Assembly: GCF_000009705.1 (NCBI RefSeq)
Contig: NC_003272.1
Coordinates: 5,520,001 to 5,552,000 of the forward strand
Direction: 5' to 3'
Source of the DNA: Nostoc sp. PCC 7120 = FACHB-418
Lineage (GTDB): Bacteria; Cyanobacteriota; Cyanobacteriia; Cyanobacteriales; Nostocaceae
Length of the DNA: 32,000 bases
In this document: positions 17,550-25,611 of the stretch, piece by piece
Layout: each line of letters starts with the position of its first letter
Numbering within the stretch: position 1 is the stretch's first letter
Made by a program: the position numbers and the translations under genes
Notes under the pieces: generated by a model
What the model was told of the DNA's origin: nothing
The model's input: the letters and a program-made list of their open reading frames with translations, nothing else
Databases searched by the model: none

Positions 17550-17581
17550 GCGATCGCTATTCTACTCAATGGCGATCGCTT
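17548..17581. terminator. Hairpin formed by two HIP1 palindromes between convergent genes; possible bidirectional terminator
   Basis: AAGCGATCGC (17548-57), a 14-nt loop, then GCGATCGCTT (17572-81). It starts at the stop codon of the oxidoreductase gene and ends 10 nt before the stop of the convergent small gene. There is no long U-tract. Confidence 0.3.
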
Positions 17582-17590
17582 GTTTATGAT

Positions 17591-17827
17591 TCACTCTTCT
17601 AAATCCTCTACTTCTTCTGCATCAAAACTATAGGCATCAACAAACTCTTCCACGTCTTCTTCTTCCTCTACCTCGTCTTCGTAATAGTAGTCAATAGGTT
17701 GGTAAGCAACTAATCGACCTGTACTTTGTAACCAATCCAGTAAAGATTCTTCTTGTTTGAGAGGAATAATAGCTGCTGGCTGGTGACGAGGTTCTTCGTG
17801 GAGAGCAGGGTTAGACGATTTAATCAT
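17591..17827 (-). CDS. Small protein with extremely acidic C-terminus (DUF3134-like, from memory)
   Basis: I chose the ATG at 17825-17827 (MIKSSNPALHEEPRHQPAAIIPLKQEESLLDWLQSTGRLV...). The longer track ORF (to 17980) would overlap the channel gene's 3' end by 56 nt. The C-terminus is YYYEDEVEEEEDVEEFVDAYSFDAEEVEDLEE. Confidence 0.5.
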   Translation of the reverse strand: MIKSSNPALHEEPRHQPAAIIPLKQEESLLDWLQSTGRLVAYQPIDYYYEDEVEEEEDVEEFVDAYSFDAEEVEDLEE

Positions 17828-17924
17828 TGTTTTGCACCACGAATCTCTTTTAATTACTAGTGTGATTGGTGTATTGACAATGACTTCTGTCTTATGGGTG
17901 AGCTTTTTGATCAATAGGTTAGAG

Positions 17925-18716
17925 TTAATCAATTTTTGGGCTGGGTAACTTAGTTCCACAGCGCTTACAAAACTCTGCATCCTGATCGTGAAATTTTAGA
18001 CCACAATTCAAACATACAGTTTCTACCTGATTGGCTGTTTTGACTACGCGCCTAATTAAATCCCCTACTTGCCAAGGGATAATTGCTACACCTGTCAAAA
18101 TCATCAATACGGTTAATAATCTACCTAGTTCTGAAATGGGAGTTACATCTCCAAAGCCTACAGTTGTCATTGTGACTACTGAGAAATAAAAGGCATCTAG
18201 AAAAGTACTATAAACTTGAGCATTTACGGGATGTTCTACTTGATAAATTAAGCCAGAATAAACAAAAATTATGGTGAATAAAGTAAACAGTATCCGAATA
18301 AAAATTATCCCGTCTTCAGAACTAATACTGCCAAATAAGAATTTGCTATCAATGAATCTGATTAATCTTAAAATTCTAAACCAGCGTAATATACGAATAA
18401 AACTAATATTGACTAAACCTAGTAAAAACGGCAAAATTGCTATTAAATCGATAATTGCGTAAAAGCTAAATATATACTTGAGTTTATTTTCTGCACTCCA
18501 AAGGCGGAGGACATACTCTACTGCAAAAATTACCAATATAACTGTATCTATTTGATCCAACTGCAACCTAATAGAGTCGGGTATAGCGTAGGTTTGAGCG
18601 ACAAAAATGCCTGATGATAATAGAACCAAGACAGCAGTTGTCAAATTAATGGCTTTACCTAATGGTGTTTCTAGGTCTGTTAAGTAAAATTCAGTTTGTT
18701 GTCTACTGAGTAACAT
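17925..18716 (-). CDS. Six-TM voltage-gated-type K+ channel subunit with C-terminal CxxC-x11-CxxC zinc ribbon
   Basis: S4-like helix with Arg at every third position (IRILRWFRILRLIRFI). The K+ selectivity filter TMTTVGFGD is present. After S6 there is a short linker and CLNCGLKFHDQDAEFCKRCG. Confidence 0.8.
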   Translation of the reverse strand: MLLSRQQTEFYLTDLETPLGKAINLTTAVLVLLSSGIFVAQTYAIPDSIRLQLDQIDTVILVIFAVEYVLRLWSAENKLKYIFSFYAIIDLIAILPFLLGLVNISFIRILRWFRILRLIRFIDSKFLFGSISSEDGIIFIRILFTLFTIIFVYSGLIYQVEHPVNAQVYSTFLDAFYFSVVTMTTVGFGDVTPISELGRLLTVLMILTGVAIIPWQVGDLIRRVVKTANQVETVCLNCGLKFHDQDAEFCKRCGTKLPSPKID

Positions 18717-18781
18717 ACTTTACGATACCTGTTTAAATATGGTATTTTTACCGTCTATCTTACTGAAATATCAAGATAATT

Positions 18782-19204
18782 ATGAACCCAGAATATTTTA
18801 TGCGTCTAGCGATCGCCGAAGCAAAAAAAGGAGATGCGCCATACGGTGCGGTAATTGTCAAAGATAACCAAGTTGTGGCATTCGCACACAACACCGTTGC
18901 TAGAGACAATGATCCTTCTGCTCATGCGGAAATTAATGTGATTCGCCGTTTAACCGCGCAATTACAAAGCTTTTCCTTAGCAGGTTATAGCATATATACC
19001 ACCGGTGAACCTTGCCCCATGTGTGCCGCAGCTTGTGTTTGGAGTGGTATTGCAGAGATTATATATGGTGCTTCAATTCAAGATTTAATTTTAGCAAATC
19101 AATCACAAATCCAAATATCGTGTGAAGAAGTAATTGCCAAATCTTTGAGAAACATCAAAGTGACTAAGGGCATTCTTCGACAGGAATGTTTGAATTTGTT
19201 TTAG
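18782..19204 (+). CDS. Zinc-dependent nucleoside/nucleotide deaminase (CDA fold; TadA/guanine-deaminase-like)
   Basis: HAE (SAHAEINVI) and PCPMC-x-x-A-C zinc-ligand motifs at canonical spacing; 140 aa. Confidence 0.8.
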   Translation: MNPEYFMRLAIAEAKKGDAPYGAVIVKDNQVVAFAHNTVARDNDPSAHAEINVIRRLTAQLQSFSLAGYSIYTTGEPCPMCAAACVWSGIAEIIYGASIQDLILANQSQIQISCEEVIAKSLRNIKVTKGILRQECLNLF

Positions 19205-19238
19205 TGAAATCAGATAATAATAGTGAATTTACTATCTT

Positions 19239-19898
19239 TTATTCAGATTCATTGAGATAATTTAAATAGGTATTGGCAATGATAGCGGCTTGGGTGCGAT
19301 CGCGCAAATTCAACCGATTTAAAATATTCGTCACATGATTTTTAACTGTCCCCTCAGAAATATAGAGTTGTTGGGCAATTTCTCGGTTATTTGCACCTGC
19401 GGCAATTAAGCGTAAAACTTCTTTTTCTCTGGGCGTAAGATCAGCTAAATGAGTCGGCGCAGGTGGCGTGTGGTTTGGTGTAGACTGAAACTGCACTAAG
19501 AGTTTCTTGACTATTCCTGGCCCTAGTTGAGTGTAACCTTTCTCAACTGCGCGAATTGCCACAGCTAATTCTTCTGAGGGTGTATCTTTGAGTAAATAAC
19601 CCATTGCACCATGTTGTAAAGCTGCTTTGACATATTCATCATCATCAAAAGTTGTCAGAACTAGAACTTTAACATTAGGGAAATTCTGTTGAATTTCTTG
19701 TGTAGCAGCTACTCCATCCATAATTGGCATTCGCATATCCATCAATACTACATCTGGATGAAATTGTGGAATCAAATCAATAGCGATTTTTCCATTTTCT
19801 GCCTCTCCCACGATTTCTATATCAGGTTCTAGCTCTAATAATGCTCTTAATCCTTGACGGATCAGATTTTGATCATCTACTAATAAGACTTTAATCAT
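19239..19898 (-). CDS. Two-component response regulator, NarL/FixJ (REC + LuxR-type HTH) family
   Basis: The receiver begins MIKVLLVDDQ ... DVVLMDMRMP (phospho-acceptor Asp). The C-terminal HTH is LTPREKEVLRLIAAGANNREIAQQLYISEGTVKNHVTNIL. The start overlaps the kinase stop (ATGA). Confidence 0.9.
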   Translation of the reverse strand: MIKVLLVDDQNLIRQGLRALLELEPDIEIVGEAENGKIAIDLIPQFHPDVVLMDMRMPIMDGVAATQEIQQNFPNVKVLVLTTFDDDEYVKAALQHGAMGYLLKDTPSEELAVAIRAVEKGYTQLGPGIVKKLLVQFQSTPNHTPPAPTHLADLTPREKEVLRLIAAGANNREIAQQLYISEGTVKNHVTNILNRLNLRDRTQAAIIANTYLNYLNESE

Positions 19899-21100
19899 AT
19901 TAATCTGCTTGCGGGAATATCAACTGTAATTTGACAACCATCACCAACAGCGCTATTGATAGCAAATTTTCCTCCTAAAGCCAGAGTGCGATCGCGCATA
20001 CTTTGTAATCCAAAACCTGTGGTATTTTGTTGGATATCAAACCCTCTACCATTATCCCGAATTATTAAAGATAAACTACCTCGATTAAGAGAAACTTCTA
20101 AAATAACTTCTGTGGCTCTGGCGTGCTTAGAAATATTGGTTAACGATTCTTGGATAATTCTATATATGGCTGTACTAACTTCTGTTGATAATTTGTAATC
20201 AAGATTAAAACTACTAGTTAATATAATCCCAGTATTCTGCTCAAAGTCTGCTGCTATGATATCAATTGCTTGTTCTAAAGTTTTGCCCTGCAATGGATGA
20301 GAGCGCATAGCAGAAACAGAATTTCTCACATCTTGTAAAGCTTTAGAACCAAGCTCTTTTGCCCTAACTAAAAAAGTTTGTGCTTTATTGGGATTAGACT
20401 GTGCAAGTTTTAACGCAGTTTCTAATTGTAAATTCAATGCTGTGAGGGAATGACCTAAAGAGTCGTGAATTTCTCGTGCAATACGATTGCGTTCTTCTAG
20501 AGTTGCTTGGTTTTCAATACGTAGAGCATATTGACGTAGTTTTTCATTGGCAACAGCTAATTCTTCTCGACTCTGACGTTCCGATAATAAGCTATTCATT
20601 AACAGCAAGACGAAAATTAAACTTAAGCCAAATACAAGTGTCAAACTCAGCGTAAAAAAGCGAAAACGCTCTTGGGCTTGTATTGGAAGTGGAGAACGAG
20701 GTAATCGATTTATTAATGTGAATAAAAACAAACTAAACGAAGTTAAAGTGACAGATAAACGTCCAGGTAACTTAAAAATTAAACAACTACGAGTCACTAA
20801 AATAATGTAGAGAAAGGGAAACATCCGAGCAGATCTCCCTTCAAATAATCCAGTAATAAAAATTAAAATGATTTCAAAGACAGTATAAACTATTTTATTT
20901 AAGTTATTACTGGTGGGTAATCTTAATCCCATTAATCCAAAAATTGTGAGACTAATAATCGTAATTTCTGGAAATCTACTGGAAAATCTAGGTGAAGGAT
21001 AGGGCAATATTGACGTGATAATAGATATTGCTAACAATATCCATTCTAGATATAGTAAAAAGCGGAAAGGGTGGTTATGAACTTTAATATATTGACCCAT
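19895..21100 (-). CDS. Sensor histidine kinase, HisKA_3/HATPase_c type, with polytopic (5-6 TM) N-terminal domain lacking an obvious extracytoplasmic sensor
   Basis: The first ~170 aa are hydrophobic helices joined by short loops. These are followed by a coiled coil, the H-box RIAREIHDSLGHSLT, an N-box (ESLTNISKHA), and G-boxes (DNGRGF, GFGLQSM). Confidence 0.85.
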   Translation of the reverse strand: MGQYIKVHNHPFRFLLYLEWILLAISIITSILPYPSPRFSSRFPEITIISLTIFGLMGLRLPTSNNLNKIVYTVFEIILIFITGLFEGRSARMFPFLYIILVTRSCLIFKLPGRLSVTLTSFSLFLFTLINRLPRSPLPIQAQERFRFFTLSLTLVFGLSLIFVLLLMNSLLSERQSREELAVANEKLRQYALRIENQATLEERNRIAREIHDSLGHSLTALNLQLETALKLAQSNPNKAQTFLVRAKELGSKALQDVRNSVSAMRSHPLQGKTLEQAIDIIAADFEQNTGIILTSSFNLDYKLSTEVSTAIYRIIQESLTNISKHARATEVILEVSLNRGSLSLIIRDNGRGFDIQQNTTGFGLQSMRDRTLALGGKFAINSAVGDGCQITVDIPASRLI

Positions 21101-21350
21101 AGTTTATACTACAAAATATAGTGATTATTTTGAATTGATATGACTTCTGGCTGCTGACGAGTTCTCTATATTTACCAGGACTCACGCAACTGGCACAATA
21201 TTAGTGTGCTTCAGATGTGGGAAATCCTCTAATGTGTACGAAATTATTAGGGCTGACGCACTCTAAAAGTTAGTTTGATGATGACACCTGTGTAATTCCT
21301 GTTTACTGGAATTTCCACCAAACCGCCAGTCACTTGAATCAGGTTTGCAG

Positions 21351-21383
21351 CATGACAAAAGTCATGGGTGTATTCATGACTTT
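21351..21383. promoter_or_regulatory. Cluster of ATGAC(T/A) half-sites (palindrome CATGACAAAAGTCATG plus a third CATGACTTT) upstream of the LTXXQ gene; candidate regulator operator
   Basis: CATGACAAAAGTCATG (21351-66) is a perfect 6-4-6 palindrome. AAAGTCATG (21358-66) and CATGACTTT (21375-83) form a second 9-bp inverted repeat. Another ATGACTT occurs at 21140-46, nearer the kinase gene. Function is inferred only from position. Confidence 0.3.
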
Positions 21384-21456
21384 CTCCTCATGTGGATAGT
21401 TGAGCTGGGTTTCTAAGATGGTTACATTCCCACAGGAAAACACATCAAGGAACCTA

Positions 21457-21960
21457 ATGCAACTCAAACCCTTATCCCTATTAGTTGGAGCGCTGGCGCT
21501 CACTTTAACTGCAACTCCCTTTGCTGTTCAAGCACAAACAAATTCTTCTTCTGTGTTATTGATTGCACAAGCTGGAAAGAAAGGCCCTTGGGAAAGTTTG
21601 GGATTAAGCAACGAACAAAAGGCCAGAATACAAGAAATTGGTCGTAACAGCCGCGCCCAAATTGAGGCAGTTTTTACCCCAGAACAGAAAGCTAAAATGG
21701 AAGCTGCACGCCAAGCTCGTCAGGCGCAGCGTCAACAAGGTCAGCGCCCACAAGCTGGCCGGCGCGGTGGTAAGAATTTTGCTGAATTAAATTTAACTGA
21801 AGAGCAAAAAACTAGAATCCGGTCAATTCGCCAAACTTCACAACAACAAATGGAAGCAGTCTTAACCCCCGAACAGCGAGCTAAATTACAAGAACTGAAA
21901 GCTAATGCCCGTCAGCGTTGGCAGCAAAGACGCAATAATCAACCTTCACCTCAAAGCTGA
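21457..21960 (+). CDS. Periplasmic LTXXQ-motif (Spy/CpxP-like) protein made of two internal repeats plus a Q/R-rich tail
   Basis: I prefer ATG 21457, which gives the signal peptide MQLKPLSLLVGALALTLTATPFAVQA. Repeat 1 is LGLSNEQKARIQEIGRNSRAQIEAVFTPEQKAKMEAARQ. Repeat 2 is LNLTEEQKTRIRSIRQTSQQQMEAVLTPEQRAKLQELKA. Confidence 0.65.
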   Translation: MQLKPLSLLVGALALTLTATPFAVQAQTNSSSVLLIAQAGKKGPWESLGLSNEQKARIQEIGRNSRAQIEAVFTPEQKAKMEAARQARQAQRQQGQRPQAGRRGGKNFAELNLTEEQKTRIRSIRQTSQQQMEAVLTPEQRAKLQELKANARQRWQQRRNNQPSPQS

Positions 21961-22178
21961 TAATGCTACCCCTTGCTACTTCCACTCTTTCAACTCCTAG
22001 CCTACGACAGTTTTTAGGTTCGGTTGACGGTCTGGCTGAAGCAAGGGGGAAATCTTCTTCCAATCGTGAAAATCGAGAAACTACGCTTACTTATATCAAG
22101 CAACCAGAGAAAATTCATTTCCCAGAATACTAGACAAAAATAAATTTATCAGCTATATTAAGAAATGTGTGAAAACAC

Positions 22179-22252
22179 GGCTCAGTAGCTCAGTTGGTTA
22201 GAGCACGGGACTCATAAGCCTGGGGTCGTTGGTTCAAATCCGACCTGAGCCA
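22179..22252 (+). tRNA. tRNA with CAU anticodon, most likely elongator tRNA-Met (tRNA-Ile2/lysidine not excluded); CCA not encoded
   Basis: Manual cloverleaf. Acceptor GGCTCAG/CTGAGCC, D arm GCTC-AGTTGGTTA-GAGC, anticodon arm CGGGA-CTCATAA-GCCTG, variable loop GGGTC, T arm GTTGG-TTCAAAT-CCGAC, discriminator A. The 5' half is nearly identical to E. coli elongator tRNA-Met as I recall it. G1-C72 pairing argues against an initiator. Confidence 0.85.
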
Positions 22253-22375
22253 TATTTAAAATTAACCTACACAAGAGTTTTTCTTCTTAGTCATTAAAGA
22301 CGGGATAAATATCTCAAGCTTTGTAAGTAGGAAAGAGGCGATCGCCTTCGGGAGTGTCAAAGATAATAGTTTTGG

Positions 22376-22408
22376 CTATTACCAATGACCTATTACCTAT
22401 TACCAACC
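22376..22408. repeat. ATTACC(N)-type heptamer repeat patch (complement of the GGTAAT family)
   Basis: CTATTACCAATGACCTATTACCTATTACCAACC, in the spacer between the tRNA and the debranching-enzyme stop. Confidence 0.45.
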
Positions 22409-22442
22409 TCCACAAACAAATATACAAAGGCGCAAACACAAA

Positions 22443-24506
22443 TCAAGTCGTCGGCAAATGGCGAATCACTTCTGCGACTGACCAAGCCTGTGCTACGGCT
22501 CCTCTGGCTCTATGAGGAGGGTCACCATCAAAAATTTCGGAAATGGAACCAAGACAAGCATCACTTAAAAAGTGATCTAATAGAGGTTGCCAATCAAAAG
22601 GCAATGGTTGTTCTGGGTAGAAACGCTGCCAAGAACGGATAAAAGGCCCAATCAGCCAAGTCCAAACAGTACCTTGATGGTAAGCGCGATCGCGTTTTTC
22701 GGGGCTACCTTCATATCTGCCAAGATATTCTGGATCTGCTGGATCGAGGCTACGCAGACCATAGGGAGTTAGCAGGCAATAAGTTGCCAAATCTAATATT
22801 TGTTGTCCCTGTTGTTGGGAAAATCCACAGTGGTGTAGAGACAAAGCTAAAATCGCGTTGGGACGAATTTGTACGTTCCGGCGATCGTCTAAATCGATGG
22901 TGTCGTATAAATAACCCAGCTGTGGATTCCAAAACTTTTGCAGAGAAGCTTTCACCTGTTGCGCTTGTTGAGCATAACGCCGCCCCTGTTTTTCCAGACG
23001 AACAGAATCACCCAAATCCATCTGACTCAATCGTTCAGCCCATTGACTCAGCCAACATAAAGCCGAATACCACAGAGCGTTAATTTCCACTGGTTTACCT
23101 GGACGAGGAGTTATGGGTTCTCCGCCAACTACCGCATCCATCCAGGTAAGAGCAACATTCCGAGCATCCCAACCAATCAGGCCATCAGTCGCATCGAGTT
23201 GGATATTGTAACGAGTACCGCCAAAATATGCTTTGTAAATTTGTTGGACAGTGGGGAACTGCTCCGCCAAAAATTGCCAATCTTGGGTAGCTTCCAGGTA
23301 CAGTCCTAAAGTTTCAATCCACCATAGGGCTGCATCAATACTGTTGTAATATGGCTCGCTGTCAATATCAGGGAAAGCATTAGGTATTAAACCGTGGCGG
23401 CAATAACGCCCAAAGGTTTGCAATAAGCCTTTTGCTAATTCAAAACGCTGGGGTACTAAGGCTAAACCAGGTAAGGCAATCAAAGTATCACGTCCCCAAT
23501 CATTGAACCAGTGATAACCAGCAATCACCGTAGGGCCAGCAATGGAATCTCGATAGACAATAAATTGATCCCCGGCTTTGAGTAGTTGCTGCCAGAGTGG
23601 GGATGAGGGGGATGAGGAAGAAACATTGAGAAATTCTTCCCCATCTTCCCCAACGCCCCATCCAAAAACCTGAGACAGTCTTTCTTGCTCTGCTTCCACA
23701 GCTTCGGCAAAGGTATCGCTGGTAAGGGAATCTGTAAGTTCAGCCGGAAAACCCATCCGTGCCTCCAGAGTTACTGTGTCTCCTGGTTGGAGAGTTACTG
23801 TCAAATAACCGGGGCTATGGAGGTCTTCGCGATCGCCTAATCCCCGTTGTGTTTCTTCTGGTAAGCCATAATGCCAATACCAAACTGCATTGGCTTGATA
23901 TTCTCCGTGTGACCACCGCAACTGCCAAGGTGTGCCAAAACGACCAGAATTCATGGCTTGCAAGTAGATTTGCTTGTTACCCAGAACTTGAGAAAATTGT
24001 AAATCTAGGCTATTAGTTTGTTGATGGTGAAAGTCGCGATCGGCAATTAGCAATCGCAGTTTCAATACGGCAGTTTCTCTACCTTCATAACGATAGTGAA
24101 TTAACAACCGATGGCAGAATTGAGAGTCCTGATCTTGTCTCCTGCCTTCTACTTCCCCACTCCCCACTACACCGTAAGGCATCACAAGTTGCCTACTTAA
24201 TTGCCAGTCTCCTTCACCCCAAATCCACTTAGGTGCTGGGTTAACATCAAAAGAACGCAGTAGCTTGTAACCTGTTGGTGCAATCTCACCTGTACCCCAA
24301 ATATTCGTCCCCAATGCTACGACTTTTCCTGAGACTTCTAAACTAGCTTCTAAGTGCGACAGCAGTAGGGTGCGTCCAGAAGGCGGATTTGTCGATGCAA
24401 ATAGCCAACCGTGATAGGTTCGTGTACGGATATCCGAAACAGTTCCACTGGCAAAACTTCCTAAGCCATTAGTCAGCAACCATTCTCTTGTATCTAAATC
24501 ATCCAT
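22443..24506 (-). CDS. Glycogen debranching enzyme (amylo-alpha-1,6-glucosidase family, GDE_N + GDE_C, COG3408-type)
   Basis: 687-aa ORF. The N-terminus EWLLTNGLGSFASGTVSDIRTRTYHGW is typical of the bacterial/archaeal GDE N-domain. The (alpha/alpha)6 C-domain has AGYHWFNDWGRDT and YHQGTVWTWLIGPF. Confidence 0.85.
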   Translation of the reverse strand: MDDLDTREWLLTNGLGSFASGTVSDIRTRTYHGWLFASTNPPSGRTLLLSHLEASLEVSGKVVALGTNIWGTGEIAPTGYKLLRSFDVNPAPKWIWGEGDWQLSRQLVMPYGVVGSGEVEGRRQDQDSQFCHRLLIHYRYEGRETAVLKLRLLIADRDFHHQQTNSLDLQFSQVLGNKQIYLQAMNSGRFGTPWQLRWSHGEYQANAVWYWHYGLPEETQRGLGDREDLHSPGYLTVTLQPGDTVTLEARMGFPAELTDSLTSDTFAEAVEAEQERLSQVFGWGVGEDGEEFLNVSSSSPSSPLWQQLLKAGDQFIVYRDSIAGPTVIAGYHWFNDWGRDTLIALPGLALVPQRFELAKGLLQTFGRYCRHGLIPNAFPDIDSEPYYNSIDAALWWIETLGLYLEATQDWQFLAEQFPTVQQIYKAYFGGTRYNIQLDATDGLIGWDARNVALTWMDAVVGGEPITPRPGKPVEINALWYSALCWLSQWAERLSQMDLGDSVRLEKQGRRYAQQAQQVKASLQKFWNPQLGYLYDTIDLDDRRNVQIRPNAILALSLHHCGFSQQQGQQILDLATYCLLTPYGLRSLDPADPEYLGRYEGSPEKRDRAYHQGTVWTWLIGPFIRSWQRFYPEQPLPFDWQPLLDHFLSDACLGSISEIFDGDPPHRARGAVAQAWSVAEVIRHLPTT

Positions 24507-24704
24507 TTGCTACTCAAAATCGTTATGACTATGATATAGTCGTAACAGATCGTAATCAAACTGTGAGACAGCCCTAAAGGACTGCGTACCCGTAAGGCTT
24601 CTCGGAGAATACCCGATAGGGTGAAAGCGTGGATGGGTAAGTTTATTCCTAACCCAAACTCCAACACCTAGTAAACCGATATAAGTTGAAGGAGAATTAA
24701 GTTA

Positions 24705-25316
24705 ATGTCCATCACCTACGGAACACAAGAAAGCCTCCGCGTTGGTCAACAGGCTCCCGACTTTACAGCAACAGCTGTAGTTGATCAGGAATTCAAGACA
24801 ATTAAGCTTTCCGACTATCGTGGTAAGTACGTTGTCTTGTTCTTCTATCCCCTAGACTTTACCTTTGTTTGCCCCACGGAGATCACAGCATTTAGCGATC
24901 GCTACGAAGAATTCAAGAAACTTAACACCGAAATTCTCGGTGTGTCCGTTGATAGCGAGTTCTCCCACCTAGCTTGGATTCAAACTGATCGTAAGTCTGG
25001 TGGTGTTGGCGACCTAAATTATCCCTTAGTTTCCGATATTAAGAAAGAGGTTAGCGACGCTTACAACGTACTAGACCCAGCAGCAGGTATCGCTTTACGT
25101 GGTCTGTTCATCATCGATAAAGATGGTATCATTCAGCACGCTACCATTAACAACCTAGCTTTTGGTCGTAGCGTTGATGAAACCCTACGGACATTGCAAG
25201 CAATCCAGTATGTCCAGTCTCACCCAGATGAAGTTTGCCCTGCTGGTTGGCAACCTGGGGAAAAGACCATGACTCCCGACCCTGTGAAGTCCAAAGTTTA
25301 CTTCGCTGCTGTGTAA
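24705..25316 (+). CDS. Typical 2-Cys peroxiredoxin (AhpC/Prx1 subfamily)
   Basis: GAAGGAG RBS. The peroxidatic Cys lies in [15 protein letters not shown] and the resolving Cys in EVCPAGW. Conservation with plant BAS1/cyanobacterial 2-Cys Prx runs full length. Confidence 0.95.
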   Translation: MSITYGTQESLRVGQQAPDFTATAVVDQEFKTIKLSDYRGKYVVLFFYPLDFTFVCPTEITAFSDRYEEFKKLNTEILGVSVDSEFSHLAWIQTDRKSGGVGDLNYPLVSDIKKEVSDAYNVLDPAAGIALRGLFIIDKDGIIQHATINNLAFGRSVDETLRTLQAIQYVQSHPDEVCPAGWQPGEKTMTPDPVKSKVYFAAV

Positions 25317-25500
25317 AAAAGCAGTTGGCGATCGCGTCTCTTAAACAGAAGGTAGCAGGCAGAAGGAAAGAAAATAGCCTAATTGGTTCATAGCTTTTTC
25401 TTTCATATATTTATTCTGCCCCTCTGCAATCAATTACTTTATTTAGAAACCTTCCAACTTCTATCCTGCTTGCAAGAGTCAAATAAGATAATCATCCATA

Positions 25501-25563
25501 CCACAGATGAACGCAGATAGACACAGATATAAAATCAGTGTTAACTCCGGTGTTCATCTGTGG
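25501..25563. repeat. 12-bp perfect inverted repeat (CCACAGATGAAC ... GTTCATCTGTGG) with CAGAT(A/G)-rich loop
   Basis: Arms at 25501-12 and 25552-63. The loop contains GCAGATAGACACAGATAT. It lies between the two peroxiredoxin-fold genes, just upstream of the preferred start of the second. Confidence 0.4.
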
Positions 25564-25611
25564 TTTTATCATTGCATTTACTATCAGTTAGTTGATAATT
25601 TTGAACGGTTT

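Noticed and set aside
17828-17980. Long form (129 aa) of the small acidic protein ORF
   Set aside because: The N-terminal 51 codons overlap the 3' end of the K+ channel gene by 56 nt and look non-protein-like. The internal ATG at 17827 gives a compact protein with a conserved-looking start.
16636-18462. ORFs 16636-16836 (+), 17127-17330 (-) and 18271-18462 (+)
   Set aside because: They are out of frame or antisense within the oxidoreductase and K+ channel genes, and their translations are Leu/Ile-rich shadow sequences.
19956-20198. 80-aa plus-strand ORF inside the histidine kinase gene
   Set aside because: Antisense shadow ORF.
21400-21456. Track start (TTG 21400) of the LTXXQ protein
   Set aside because: It adds 19 residues in front of an otherwise perfect signal peptide. 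ATG 21457 is more plausible. The same reasoning applies to 25507-25611 (redoxin), 15948-15986 (oxidoreductase), 10887-10913 (ilvN) and 1429-1470.
21970-22048. Inverted repeat CCCCTTGC ... GCAAGGGG downstream of the LTXXQ gene as a terminator
   Set aside because: The arms are 8 bp and separated by a ~63-nt loop, with no following U-tract. It is not a convincing intrinsic terminator.
22385-24016. Six short ORFs (22385-22642, 22587-22772, 22750-22932, 22784-23083, 23525-23710, 23759-24016) overlapping the debranching-enzyme gene
   Set aside because: All overlap a 687-aa ORF that has clear GDE motifs. They are shadow ORFs.
24522-24640. Possible structured leader or riboswitch in the debranching-enzyme / 2-Cys Prx divergent region: a 10-bp hairpin GTTATGACTA/TAGTCGTAAC at 24522-46 and a relatively GC-rich block with repeated TACCCG at 24570-24630
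   Set aside because: I could not fold the GC-rich block into a convincing conserved structure by eye, and it matches no riboswitch class I know. The hairpin may simply overlap promoter elements. It is worth a covariance-model scan but is not reportable as a feature.
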